54,272 nt of DNA from a virus (lineage: Duplodnaviria > Caudoviricetes), in IMG/VR virus record IMGVR_UViG_3300035701_000040, positions 1-54,272 of that record; one strand, 5' to 3'. Every line of letters starts with the position of its first letter. The first letter of the stretch is position 1. Below are positions 17,201-26,456 of this stretch, one piece after another. A program made the translations under genes and the position numbers. The notes below the pieces were generated by a model, which ran no database searches, was not told where the DNA came from, and saw only the letters and a program-made list of their open reading frames with translations.

Positions 17201-18457
17201 ACCTCGACCAGCACTTAGTGTAAACCCAACTTCGTCGAGCATGACAACTACGTTGGCGGCTGGACTGGATGCCTTGTATTCTGCGGCTCGTTGCAAAGCC
17301 GCGCTCTCCGTCACTTGCCGCCAGCCAGTGTCGATGGGGATTAGCCTCCGCTTACCTTTAGCCGTGACCGTGCGGGTAAAAATAGCCCAATTCCCCTCGA
17401 ACGCATGGTGATAGTGCCCAAACTCCATTCCCCAGTCGTCAGGAGTGCGAATCTCGGCTTGCTCCGCTGTCCGCCCCGCGATTATGTCTCCTTCACGACT
17501 CGCTTTAATATACCTCAACCTGAGGTCATCATCCATTGCCCGCAGTTTCAAATAGCCATTGCGGGTTTCCTGGCGCAAGGTAGCTGGCAAGTTCTCTGGT
17601 GTCACCTTCGGGTCATCGAGCAGGCTTACGAGCTTCTGCCACTCTGTATTACTAATGCTTTGTGAAACCTGCCGTGTAATAGCTGCGTTGCGTTTTGTAC
17701 TTGTGTTAGCTAAGATGTCTGAGTAGATAGACTGGTACACAGCTTCATCAGCCTCAGAGGAAACCTTCTTGAACTGCTGTGACGGAGAGCCGAGGTAGCG
17801 AGCCAGTGGGCCGAGGTCTTTGCGAGGAGGAATAACAGTGACCCCGCCCTTGGCTGCCTTCACCTGCTCAGCAGTCGGCAACAGGTTGATGCGTGGGCCA
17901 CGAACTTCTCGCAGCTTAATCTCGCCTTTGGCCCCACCAAAAGCCTTGAACACTCGGCCCCAGATTTTATAGCCACTGAGAGTACCGCCGGTTGTGCCAA
18001 CGAACCCCGCAATGTCTCGTTCGGATACCTCCCGCGCCGCCTCGTGGATAGGGAACAAGGCTTCTCCGGCTCCGCCTAGCGTGCCTGCTACGCCCTCGCC
18101 CTTCCTGGCCGCTTCGGTGCCTCCGGCGTAGGCTCCGTAGGCCGCTAAGCCCGCTGGCAGTAACCAACCAGCGGGGTGCAGCTTCGTTGCAATTCCTATG
18201 GCCCCCATTACCGGCCACATCTTCGGGTCAGCAACCATCGGCATCATAGCTTCAGTCCACTTGCTCTCCAAGCGCTTGAGGATGTCAGGTTGCTTTGCCA
18301 ATCGAGCAGCATTCAAGCGACGAATCTCAGCTTCGACGGGGCCGAGTGATTTAGCGGTAGGCTTATCAGGCACAAAGTCGAAGTCCTGTGAAGCATCGGG
18401 ACTGAAGCCGAAGTTTTGTGGCGGGTCGGGTTTGAAGTCGAATTGTGCTTGAGGCAT
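14255..18457 (-). CDS. Large internal virion (ejection/DNA transfer) protein with C-terminal ADP-ribosyltransferase domain
   Basis: 1400 aa, helical, third gene after the nozzle; C-terminal VYRG..LMSFA..MSAFEEQEAL is an R-S-ExE ART signature. Confidence 0.7.
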   Translation of the reverse strand: MPQAQFDFKPDPPQNFGFSPDASQDFDFVPDKPTAKSLGPVEAEIRRLNAARLAKQPDILKRLESKWTEAMMPMVADPKMWPVMGAIGIATKLHPAGWLLPAGLAAYGAYAGGTEAARKGEGVAGTLGGAGEALFPIHEAAREVSERDIAGFVGTTGGTLSGYKIWGRVFKAFGGAKGEIKLREVRGPRINLLPTAEQVKAAKGGVTVIPPRKDLGPLARYLGSPSQQFKKVSSEADEAVYQSIYSDILANTSTKRNAAITRQVSQSISNTEWQKLVSLLDDPKVTPENLPATLRQETRNGYLKLRAMDDDLRLRYIKASREGDIIAGRTAEQAEIRTPDDWGMEFGHYHHAFEGNWAIFTRTVTAKGKRRLIPIDTGWRQVTESAALQRAAEYKASSPAANVVVMLDEVGFTLSAGRGGTGRLRRLAKQIQEASKLEGAELEAAIDALKRSAGAAAYGPPKAGARFFGATQPRRSNLPGWLRTPEAFNLYVRGMERAIQMVKLRPQLQNYRNALAKRLGDKPAQTTDLPRRTGAEILGALDDFIDVAEGRPNKLEASLRRYFALQGWNPNTLARADRAIVVIESMLKLGFSPVAAAVNHTQTLYNTWSVLGTEWTLKGYRGYVKGTHEWLLRHLGVRELASKVEESTFRDYVSGYRPRSLREVPGAAGEAVIDSGLFMFRGTEAANISIAATGFYERALAQGASREGAIRAALEGNIRVNFLYGKLDSPYVLRMLPASLKQFKTFAFKQMEFILGLKGEEAARFWTALIATVGLVGLPGIDFLDDIIKAGTGALARAGLMKAAISPLDELKIRYPRTVRGVTGLAGVDLTRNIGFSEYFGPQLISPRDVMSPVISDLNNALTYLTAGEGRPSDEARVNLLRNVSPQARRLHEVFLTDLRQGILRDPVPGRDRAGNRIPGAVIQRNIPLTDRVLYAIGVTPMSIASERDLYRYVQEYVVKPYMSGRPSAPRGREQERLQRQLRKAPLPLRKRIRELYEQSEPVEGKPRSELQILDQPEVKQASIALGALVAFAASRGKLSPQAEEMAVRSATELMNRIPAEVTRKMFSELKESKPFAHTQTLYNIESMLKLGFSPVAAAVNFKPGKPWAESSDVMLTQGTLKNKFGERGVAQLVEQSTKLAEAYRSLPSVRNLLDGARRYVHGDPGLGIMQDISSKILRGADALAAARSSIYDRRGRTIVEGWPVLMADGHTESIHPPEEFAKGAQALVNAIKTAVPEQVRVYRGEFLETSSITGPSLRRQQLQALKPGDIIELDRLMSFADAKQVAESFSGKRMSIGSAEGKFVFETIGPVKRINVAPMSAFEEQEALTFGRWRVEKVSVEKSIPADIYMDPGEPTLKRSMAVPTHTRIVIRQIDAFEREGPGMTPALRQLQTEQQVPQ

Positions 18458-19479
18458 TATTCGGGCTTCCAGCCAGCCTTCAAAGCTGCGTCTACTTTGT
18501 TAGCAGGCATAGAACCATGAACCCCAGCCGGGCTAACCATTCTCACTTGGGGCTTCGAGGCACCAAACAAGTCCACTGGGCCTGCTGGAACCTGAGAAGC
18601 CGGAGGCAGCTTGGGCGGTGCCCCAGGTGGTTGCTGCGTAGCAGCTCCCAGCATGGAGTTCATCTCATCCTGAAGCTCAGACATCTGGTCGTAGAGCACT
18701 TGCTTCTGCTGCTCCATCTTAGTTTTAGCTTCAGGGGTCAAGAGGCCGGTAGTCATTGGATTAGCGTAGGTAGCATCAATAGAGGCCACCTTCTGCTGCA
18801 TCATCATGTAGCGCTGCTTGAGTGCAGTCACCTGAAATTTGACTTCCCAAGGAAGCGAACTTGCTCTCTTGGCGAATCGAGCGTCAATACGTGACTGCAT
18901 GAGCTTAGCTCGCTCCATACTGGCTTTAGTTGATTCCCGCAAACGCTCCAGTGCAGCGGTGTCCTTCTGCGTCTGTGTATCCTTCTTCGCTTGGATGTCT
19001 CGCTGCTGCCGCTCTAAGGCGTCTATAGCTCTCTGCTCCGCGAACGTCTCCCGTATAGTGGCCCGGACATCCTCGACAGCGACCTTGCCGAAGACTTGCT
19101 CCGCGTCCTTGAGGGCTTCGTCATAGTCGCCAGTAGCTTGAGCACGAGCTTTCACCATCTCTAACACCGGCTTCAGGTTGTCAGGAGCCTTAGCAAGTGC
19201 TGCGTCGAGTGCGGTCTTCATGGCCCCAACATCGGTGGTTGGCATCCCCGGAACTTCCGTTGCTGACAACTGACCTGATTGCGGGTCAAAGAAGATTTGA
19301 CGGTACTTGCCATCGGCTCCCATCACCGGCTGGCCGAGCGGCTGGCTGACTCGTGCCCGCTGCGCTGCCTCAGCTTGGTATTGCTCGCGGCGTTTGCGCT
19401 CACGGCCCACCATGAGCCCAGTCGCAATCTGGCTGCCTGTCTCACCGATGCCCGTTAAGATGCCTGTGAGATTAGCCAT
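18457..19479 (-). CDS. Putative ejection protein (coiled coil)
   Basis: Position between the pilot-like and large ejection genes; Q/E/K-rich helices. Confidence 0.6.
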   Translation of the reverse strand: MANLTGILTGIGETGSQIATGLMVGRERKRREQYQAEAAQRARVSQPLGQPVMGADGKYRQIFFDPQSGQLSATEVPGMPTTDVGAMKTALDAALAKAPDNLKPVLEMVKARAQATGDYDEALKDAEQVFGKVAVEDVRATIRETFAEQRAIDALERQQRDIQAKKDTQTQKDTAALERLRESTKASMERAKLMQSRIDARFAKRASSLPWEVKFQVTALKQRYMMMQQKVASIDATYANPMTTGLLTPEAKTKMEQQKQVLYDQMSELQDEMNSMLGAATQQPPGAPPKLPPASQVPAGPVDLFGASKPQVRMVSPAGVHGSMPANKVDAALKAGWKPE

Positions 19480-19488
19480 AGAAGATTC

Positions 19489-19980
19489 CTAGCCACCTAT
19501 CGGGAGGGCCATATCCCAGCCCCCTAAGCTGCCACTCGTTGAGCCGCCTCCACCGCCGCCCATGCCCCCGAGCATGTTGGCAATCCCCGAGAGGTCAGAC
19601 TTCGGTGCCCCCGGCATCCCCAACTGGAACGGCATTCCCAGAAGTTGCATCAAGTTCTGAGACGCGAGCGCTTGCTCATTGAACTCGTAAGGAGCAAGCC
19701 CTTGAGCAGTCGCCTCTGCCATCAGCCCAGGACTTCCACCTAACCCGCGCTCAGCCATCGTCGCCTGCACATGCTGGAGCACCACGTTCTCCAAGTTCTG
19801 AGACATAGGCTGTGAGAGCTGCTTCAACATCCCCGCTAGCTGCTGAGGGGTCATGTTGACAATCTTGCCGAGGTGCTTTTGCAGCAGGTCGAATATCTCC
19901 CCCTGTTTGCTGCTGCTCATTATGTTGCCGATGCCTCCTAGCACTGACGAGGCAATCATGGCGATTGTCAAAGGGTCCAT
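19489..19980 (-). CDS. Putative small ejection/pilot protein
   Basis: MDPLTIAMIASSVLGGIG N-terminus; G/M/Q-rich; directly after the nozzle gene. Confidence 0.6.
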   Translation of the reverse strand: MDPLTIAMIASSVLGGIGNIMSSSKQGEIFDLLQKHLGKIVNMTPQQLAGMLKQLSQPMSQNLENVVLQHVQATMAERGLGGSPGLMAEATAQGLAPYEFNEQALASQNLMQLLGMPFQLGMPGAPKSDLSGIANMLGGMGGGGGGSTSGSLGGWDMALPIGG

Positions 19981-19990
19981 AAGTGCTCTC

Positions 19991-22450
19991 CTACTGCATG
20001 ATGCTCACTGGTACTTTACCAGCTTTGGGCACCAAATGCCATTCAAGACTGTCTACCTCAACTTGCCCACTGCCAGAGATAACAGCGCGGGCGGTGAGCC
20101 CAGTTACCCCAATTGGAATCTCCGCCTCGAAGCGGCCCCCCGAAAGTGCGAACTGTTTCACTGAGGACTGCGGCACCGCTGCACCTTCAACAGTCACGGT
20201 AGCAGCAAGCGTCACCGTCCCCGTAGCAATACCCCTTAGGAACACGCGCCGGAAATAGCTACGGTCGCTTGGTGACTGGCCGGATACGTCAGGAGTCTGG
20301 AAGCTCCAGTCTACTGCCCCAGTCGGCCAAGCTGCTGCACCTGATTGCCAACGCCGCGCAATACCATCTGTGAACCCATTGAGTTCCGATGACGAGGTAG
20401 AGTCATGTGCTACAGGCCGATAGCTCGTCATTGACAGCACCGGGAACGGCAAGTCCACTATCGCCCAAGTCTTGCTGATGAGGTCGAGAGTGAACAAGCG
20501 GCGGTGTTGACCACCCAAGGATATATCCTTCACCGGCAAGCTCGCTACATAGAGTGGCGGCGAGGTTGTCTGCATCGAATCGCTATAGGCTGCATAGCCC
20601 CAGTCCACAAACGAGATGCCAGAGACTTCATTGAACAAGTAGGGCCGGATGCCATCGCTGATGATGGTGTCGCGCACGCCGTCGAACAGCGCGAACCCCT
20701 TATGCGTCAGCCGTATGATTCCGAAGCCAGCAAGGAACTGGATGGTGCGTGGAGCGACGCAGCCAAGGTCGGTCTTGGCGCGCACGATGTAGAGGTTCGG
20801 GTCGCCAAAGACACCGTTGACCACATAGGTTGCGTGGTTCTTGAAGGCAACTAGTGAGAGCGTCGGAGCGATACCAGTCTCAGAGATAGCGAGCGTTGCC
20901 AGCCCCATACCCTCCGCGCCATCATCCTTGTCAAGGAAGGCTCGGTTGAGCGGGTTGTACGAGTTCGGGTTGTTGAGGTCGCTCATCACCAAGGCGGAAG
21001 GGCCATCAAGCTTGTCATCAGTGGTCACAGGATAGGTGTTGTAGAGCCACAGGAATCCTGCATGGACGATGCCATGCGCAGCTCCACGCGGCGGGATGAT
21101 GACGTTGACTCCAGATTCCTGCCAGATGGCCCCACCATCAGCAGCCGTTGCCCCCGGAGCCACAGGGAAGCTTGGCGTTGCAACTCCACTCACTCCATCC
21201 TGAATACAGCGATAGAGGTGCCCATTGTCGGGCGTGGCGTTGATGGCCGTGCCTACCACGTAAGGCGTGTTCGACTCCCAGATAGGGAATCCGCCTGTGA
21301 AGTTGTTCTCAAGCGAGGTGACGAGGCTACCTTTAGCGTACTGCTGTGGGGCATAGCCATTACCAAGAATAAGAATCAGCCGATTGCCAAAGCTAAGCAG
21401 TTGCGACTTGGCACTCAACCGACCGAGCACGCCGCCGTTTACGGAAGCTAACGTATTGAGGTTGCCCGCATCAATCCAAGCCGCTGCGCGGACGCTTGAG
21501 GCAGGTAGCTCATCCACAATGTCGGTATCGTCATAAGAAATGGGGCCAGATGCAAATGTCGCTGGGCCAGCTCCTCCACCACCTAGAGGGTCTACTACCG
21601 GAGGCGGATAGGATACCAGCACTGTAGCTTCAGCAGGCAGGGTCACCTCACGTAGCATGTAGCGGCTAGGAGGAGCTACTGTGGTAATTGGCACCACGCC
21701 AGTTGAGAAGAAGACTGCTACTGTTAGGTAGTCCACACCAGCAACGGCACCCGAACCGGGGTCTCCTGTGCATTGCACTTGGAAGCTCACGCCGAAGGCC
21801 GCGTTGTTCACGATAGCGGGGGTGAGCACTGTACCCCACTTGTCGTCACCGCCGCCATAGGCATCCCAATGCAGAGAGTCCACCCAAGCGTAGGGGTTAT
21901 ATTTACTAACGCTGCCTGCAACGCCGACCAGCTTGACTGCCGAGTCGTACACGGCGCTTGTGCCAGAAACCCGCTTCACTAATATCTTGACAATGACACC
22001 AAGGACGGTCGCGCTGCTAGGAACTGTAAACCCGAAGTTCGTAGCAAGCAGAGCATTCGACGGAGTGTTGGGCGGGATAGCGGGCGGGGAATTATACAAG
22101 GTGCAAGTTGTGAGATTCCCGTCCTCAACCTTGATGTTGTTCAGGTTTGCCCATACATCCCCGGTCGCACCGGACTGCGAGACCGTTCCAGCGGGCTTAT
22201 CGCCGCCGCTGGGTGGTGTATCGTCCGCGAGCTGAGCTAGAGCCGCAGCGAGGATGCCACCATCCCCGCGAGTCCAAGCTACTGAAGGCTGAGCCACAGT
22301 CGTCACGCCGTCACAGGTCTTCAGCCCACCTCGCCGCGTGTAGAGCATATTCGACAGGCGCGGGACGGAGCCCTCCGGCTGAGCAAGCTCCTGTACCACA
22401 GCAATCAGCCCCTTGTCGTACTTGCGCTGCGAGATGATTCTAGGTGCCAT
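19991..22450 (-). CDS. Tail nozzle/tubular protein B-like (beta-propeller) with inserted accessory domains
   Basis: Position and size; LVAFKNHATYVV, DLGCVAPRTI, LTHKGFALFDG..ISDGIRP are typical of P22 gp10/T7 gp12-like nozzles. Confidence 0.7.
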   Translation of the reverse strand: MAPRIISQRKYDKGLIAVVQELAQPEGSVPRLSNMLYTRRGGLKTCDGVTTVAQPSVAWTRGDGGILAAALAQLADDTPPSGGDKPAGTVSQSGATGDVWANLNNIKVEDGNLTTCTLYNSPPAIPPNTPSNALLATNFGFTVPSSATVLGVIVKILVKRVSGTSAVYDSAVKLVGVAGSVSKYNPYAWVDSLHWDAYGGGDDKWGTVLTPAIVNNAAFGVSFQVQCTGDPGSGAVAGVDYLTVAVFFSTGVVPITTVAPPSRYMLREVTLPAEATVLVSYPPPVVDPLGGGGAGPATFASGPISYDDTDIVDELPASSVRAAAWIDAGNLNTLASVNGGVLGRLSAKSQLLSFGNRLILILGNGYAPQQYAKGSLVTSLENNFTGGFPIWESNTPYVVGTAINATPDNGHLYRCIQDGVSGVATPSFPVAPGATAADGGAIWQESGVNVIIPPRGAAHGIVHAGFLWLYNTYPVTTDDKLDGPSALVMSDLNNPNSYNPLNRAFLDKDDGAEGMGLATLAISETGIAPTLSLVAFKNHATYVVNGVFGDPNLYIVRAKTDLGCVAPRTIQFLAGFGIIRLTHKGFALFDGVRDTIISDGIRPYLFNEVSGISFVDWGYAAYSDSMQTTSPPLYVASLPVKDISLGGQHRRLFTLDLISKTWAIVDLPFPVLSMTSYRPVAHDSTSSSELNGFTDGIARRWQSGAAAWPTGAVDWSFQTPDVSGQSPSDRSYFRRVFLRGIATGTVTLAATVTVEGAAVPQSSVKQFALSGGRFEAEIPIGVTGLTARAVISGSGQVEVDSLEWHLVPKAGKVPVSIMQ

Positions 22451-22455
22451 CAGTG

Positions 22456-23703
22456 TTAAGGTAAAAACCAGCCTCCACCGAGCCCGCTGCCATACGTCTC
22501 ACGGGCCACGCCGCCTACTTGCGTAGGCCCACTAAGCTGCCTATTCGACCGCGCAAACTTCAGAAGCTCCGCAAAGAACACATCCAGCAACCGCTTCGAT
22601 TCAGCCCCCTCCTGCTCAGCTTCACGGAACTTGTGCAGGAGGTAGGTAGTCAAGATGCTCTCTACACCATAAGGTACGTCGAGTGTCTTGTAGGCGTCAC
22701 CGAGCACGTTCTTGGTAGGCAGCCGTAAGCCTTGGATGCGCAGGTTCAACTCGGTCACGATAGTTCCAATAGGCCATGCCTGAGCTGCCGTCCCCCCTAT
22801 TCCTCGCACGAGGCCATTAAGCTGCCCGACGCCAGAAGGCCCGTACTCGCAGACCTCGGTGCCAATCTGCACGAGGCCGAGTGCGAGGAAGCCAGTCGAG
22901 GCAGTGATGAGCGCCTGCGTGCCAGTTGCCGATAGCGCACTCGAAAGCGTAGTGGTCGAGCCCGTGCGGTTCGCTTGAGGCCACACGGCGAGCACCAACC
23001 CAGTGTTCGTCACCTTGGTCACGTCTGCCATCCAGCTTATGCCAGTAGCGGTGTTGTGGTAGTAAAAGTTGATAGTGCTCTGACGGCTCATCAACCAGCC
23101 GTCGTACCACATCTCGTTAATCTTCGTCCAGCGGCCTGTGAGCAGGTAGCTACCAACACCGTTCACCATGCGCACGCCAGTTTGGTCGCGGACGCCTTTG
23201 GTCGCCAACCCCGACTTGTCGAAGGCTTCGTTGAGCCAGCGGTACATTGTGGCAGCGGAAACGAACTTGCCATCGGAATCGGGCAGGTAGGCACTAGAAA
23301 TGGCCGGGTGCATCCCAGGTTGCCCCTGTGCCGCGTCGATTGTGAAGGGCAGAGTTGTGCCATAGAAGAACCTGCCGTGGTCCCAACTAATTCCCGATGG
23401 AGAAAGCATAGCGGCTTGATAGACGCGGAATCCTGTTACCCCCAGAGGCAGGGTACCAGAAAGTGTAACTGTCATCCCGCTCAACACGGTAACAACGTGC
23501 TCTGGCCCTGAATAAGTCTCGCCCCAAGGATTGAGGTAGGTTATGCGGAAGTAGTTGCTGCCTACTGGCAGGGCTGTGTACCCTGCGGGGGTCGAGACAG
23601 CGCTCAGAGACAACTCAGTATTCAGCGGGACAGCAAGGACCCTACTAGGCAGGTCTGGCCCCAGCTCACGAGCCGACATTATAACATCACCGACCAATGC
23701 CAA
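22456..23703 (-). CDS. Head-tail adaptor-like protein with inserted beta domains
   Basis: VGDVIMSARE..MYRWLNEA..DVPYGVESILTTYLLHK helical frame; lies immediately before the nozzle gene. Confidence 0.55.
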   Translation of the reverse strand: MALVGDVIMSARELGPDLPSRVLAVPLNTELSLSAVSTPAGYTALPVGSNYFRITYLNPWGETYSGPEHVVTVLSGMTVTLSGTLPLGVTGFRVYQAAMLSPSGISWDHGRFFYGTTLPFTIDAAQGQPGMHPAISSAYLPDSDGKFVSAATMYRWLNEAFDKSGLATKGVRDQTGVRMVNGVGSYLLTGRWTKINEMWYDGWLMSRQSTINFYYHNTATGISWMADVTKVTNTGLVLAVWPQANRTGSTTTLSSALSATGTQALITASTGFLALGLVQIGTEVCEYGPSGVGQLNGLVRGIGGTAAQAWPIGTIVTELNLRIQGLRLPTKNVLGDAYKTLDVPYGVESILTTYLLHKFREAEQEGAESKRLLDVFFAELLKFARSNRQLSGPTQVGGVARETYGSGLGGGWFLP

Positions 23704-23714
23704 AGCTCACCTCT

Positions 23715-25310
23715 CTACGGCCAAGTAGTTGTAGTGTCTAATGTCCCGTCGTTCTTCAAGCGCACATAGCGGAGCGTGCCATCGGAATCCTTCGCAGCGA
23801 ACAGGCAGACATAGCTGGCGTTGCCAGCCGTTCCTGGTGTCTGCTTTAGGTCGGCAGCGTCTATGATGATTGCGGCTCCACGTTCATTCGATTCGGAGTC
23901 CAGCATAATCATAGACTTTAGGTTTTTGCCCCCACCACCCGCAGTCGCGGAATGGCGGACGTGCAACCCTGTGGCGATGCCTGAGAAGGTTTGAGTCGAG
24001 CCCGTTTGGACGACAATGTAGCCACCAGCAAGCTCCGTTCCAATAACTTCGGTGTCGTCACTATCAACGATTACCTCGAAGCCCCGCGCTACGTTGATGT
24101 CCTTGCCCTTCAGCAGAATGCCAGTGTAAAGTCCGCGTAGCGTTCCGCTAGGAGAGTCCTCATAGTTCGCAGCAAGCAGGTGGGCTCCTTCACACGCGCC
24201 CGTCATGGCAGCGACTTTGTTGTTGGACCTGCCGTTGAAGGCCACTTGGCTGCCCGTGAGCGCGTTGGTAAGAGACTCAAGCGTGATGCTGAGCTTGTTG
24301 ACTCCCCCTGCGGTAGTTTGCGCTGAGTCGTTGAGGCAGACGCTTCCGCCTGACACAGTAACTAGTTGTCCATTGGACAGCTTAATGTCAGCAGTCTTAA
24401 TGGAGGTGCCTGCCGTTCCGTACAAGTTGATGCCGTATGTGAAGCCCCCGCCCCCGCCCTCATCACTGACATAGAAAGCATTCGTGATGGCGTTCGTGGC
24501 ATGTTCGTTGTAGGCCCAGAACGCATGGCAGTTGGTCACGTTAGCAAGAGTGCCTGCCGTGAATCCAGGAGCCATATATGCGCGGACACCAACAAATGCC
24601 GTACCTGCATCAGCGAGCACAGCGCCGCTAGCCCGTGGGGAAGCGTCAACGCCGACTGAGGTGATGGCTGTGCCATTTAGCGTGTCGTCGATATAGGTAC
24701 GGAAATGCCCGCCCCGCAGAGTCGTCTCATCACCATCAGCTCGTGCTCGCGCAACGCCCTCGACTGCGGTGATAGCACAGACATTGGCACTCGATGAGGT
24801 CTTGTTGTTCTGAACGACCAGCGTTGTGCCGAGTGCGCCCACACCGGGAGCAGCAGAAGTGGTTTTGAGGACAGTGATGCCGTCCCACGTATCCGTGCCG
24901 GTGCTGGCGATGGTGACACCGCTTGGGAAGGTGATTGTGGTGGGACTGATAGCAGCAGTCGTTAAGCTCGCCGACACCGCTTGCAGGGCCGCAGTCACAC
25001 TCTGGCTGGTGCCAGTGATTGTCACCTGCGCTGTGAAGCCAATCAAGCCACTGGAGTTCAAGATGTTGAACTGCCACTTCGTTCCCGGCGGATTGATGTC
25101 GTTGTTGTCAGGAACGGAGAGCGTCGGCAGGTTGCCGCTCGCGTCCAATGCGCCGCCTGCGATGACGCCGGGAATCGGCCCTCCACCAATGAAAGTAGGG
25201 TAAGCTCCTATGCCCGTAGGCAGCACCAGTGTCAAGCTGAAGCTGCCATTAGCGTAGGCGAACCCCGAAGGGTCGAGCACTTGTCCTGTTACTGTGGTGT
25301 AGAATGCCAT
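23715..25310 (-). CDS. Tail fibre/spike-like protein
   Basis: Beta-rich, G/A/T/S-rich with repeated short strands; structural context. Confidence 0.6.
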   Translation of the reverse strand: MAFYTTVTGQVLDPSGFAYANGSFSLTLVLPTGIGAYPTFIGGGPIPGVIAGGALDASGNLPTLSVPDNNDINPPGTKWQFNILNSSGLIGFTAQVTITGTSQSVTAALQAVSASLTTAAISPTTITFPSGVTIASTGTDTWDGITVLKTTSAAPGVGALGTTLVVQNNKTSSSANVCAITAVEGVARARADGDETTLRGGHFRTYIDDTLNGTAITSVGVDASPRASGAVLADAGTAFVGVRAYMAPGFTAGTLANVTNCHAFWAYNEHATNAITNAFYVSDEGGGGGFTYGINLYGTAGTSIKTADIKLSNGQLVTVSGGSVCLNDSAQTTAGGVNKLSITLESLTNALTGSQVAFNGRSNNKVAAMTGACEGAHLLAANYEDSPSGTLRGLYTGILLKGKDINVARGFEVIVDSDDTEVIGTELAGGYIVVQTGSTQTFSGIATGLHVRHSATAGGGGKNLKSMIMLDSESNERGAAIIIDAADLKQTPGTAGNASYVCLFAAKDSDGTLRYVRLKNDGTLDTTTTWP

Positions 25311-25321
25311 AGTCTCCTCAC

Positions 25322-26443
25322 TTAGTAGCGTCTCCCGCGTCCAAGGTGGGAGCGTCGTAGATAAGCTAGCTGAGCATAAAGCTCTGCACGGTCGATTCTG
25401 CGCCCAAGCATGTGGGCAGTGTCGCTCGCTTCATGTGCAGATAAGGTAGCAATCCATGCGCCTGCCCCCGCAGCTCCAAGCAAGTCTCCTGCTTCAGTGA
25501 CCACCATGCTCCCCGTGATTGGTGGTACAGTGACTTGGCCTTGGAAGGCAGCGATGTCAGGCGACCCCGTAACTGTGAGGGTTCCAGTCCACTCAACTGT
25601 GCCCGAAGCAACCAAGAAGTCTGAAGACTCAACCGCAGCCAATGCGCCAACCCAAGCAACCGTCCCCGTAGCAGAGGCGCTATCCGCAGGCTCGGTTGCG
25701 GCCAAGTTGCCAGCCCACTCAACCACACCTGAAGATGCGAGTGTGTCGAAGGATTCTGTAGCTGCGAGGTTCCCAACCCATGCGACTGTGCCTGAAGCAG
25801 ACACAGAATCCGAAGGCTCAGTCGCCGCAAGTGTGCCAGCCCACTCAATCGTGCCGCCTGCGCTTGCTGCATCTTGGCTTTCCAACGCAGCCAAGTTGCC
25901 GACCCAAGCCACAACTCCGCTGCTTGCCACGGAGTCCGTAGCTTCTGTAGCAGAGAGATTCGCAATCCATGAGACTGTTCCAGAAAGCGCAGCAACGTCA
26001 GTGCCTTCTGTCGCAGCCAAATCGCCTGTGGTTTCCGTTGCACCAACGGTTCCAGAGAAGGCGGCAACGTCAGGCGCTTCTGACGCAGCCAAGTTACCAA
26101 TCCACTCAACTGTACCAGAAGAAGCTGCGGAGTCAGCTCCTTCAGTCGCCGCCAGAGTTGCAATCCACGCAATCGTTCCAGAGAATGCAGCGGCATCGGC
26201 GCTACCAGTTGCCGAGAGATTCCCAACCCAAGCGACAGTACCCGAAACTGAGGCAGTGTTAACGCTCTCAGTTGCCGCGAGCGTTCCAACCCAAGCCACT
26301 GTACCTGAGCTTGAGGCTGTGTTCGCTGCTTCTGTGGCAGCCAGCGTGCCGGTGATGTTCTCCAAGAGGAGAACGCCAGAGGAGTCCTCAAGCAAGTAGC
26401 CATCGGTCGCCGAGGATTCAAGAAGGTATCTACTGTCTGCCAC
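25322..26443 (-). CDS. Structural protein with about 15 tandem 21-aa repeats
   Basis: Repeat unit (V/I)G(T/N)LAATExxDxAxxSGTVxW. Confidence 0.75.
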   Translation of the reverse strand: MADSRYLLESSATDGYLLEDSSGVLLLENITGTLAATEAANTASSSGTVAWVGTLAATESVNTASVSGTVAWVGNLSATGSADAAAFSGTIAWIATLAATEGADSAASSGTVEWIGNLAASEAPDVAAFSGTVGATETTGDLAATEGTDVAALSGTVSWIANLSATEATDSVASSGVVAWVGNLAALESQDAASAGGTIEWAGTLAATEPSDSVSASGTVAWVGNLAATESFDTLASSGVVEWAGNLAATEPADSASATGTVAWVGALAAVESSDFLVASGTVEWTGTLTVTGSPDIAAFQGQVTVPPITGSMVVTEAGDLLGAAGAGAWIATLSAHEASDTAHMLGRRIDRAELYAQLAYLRRSHLGRGRRY

Positions 26444-26456
26444 ATCACTCTGCCTA

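Noticed and set aside
25366-26448. Long alternative-frame and antisense ORFs (25366-26448, 25410-26399)
   Set aside because: These are shadows of the Ala/Ser/Thr-rich repeat gene, with no RBS or independent protein features.
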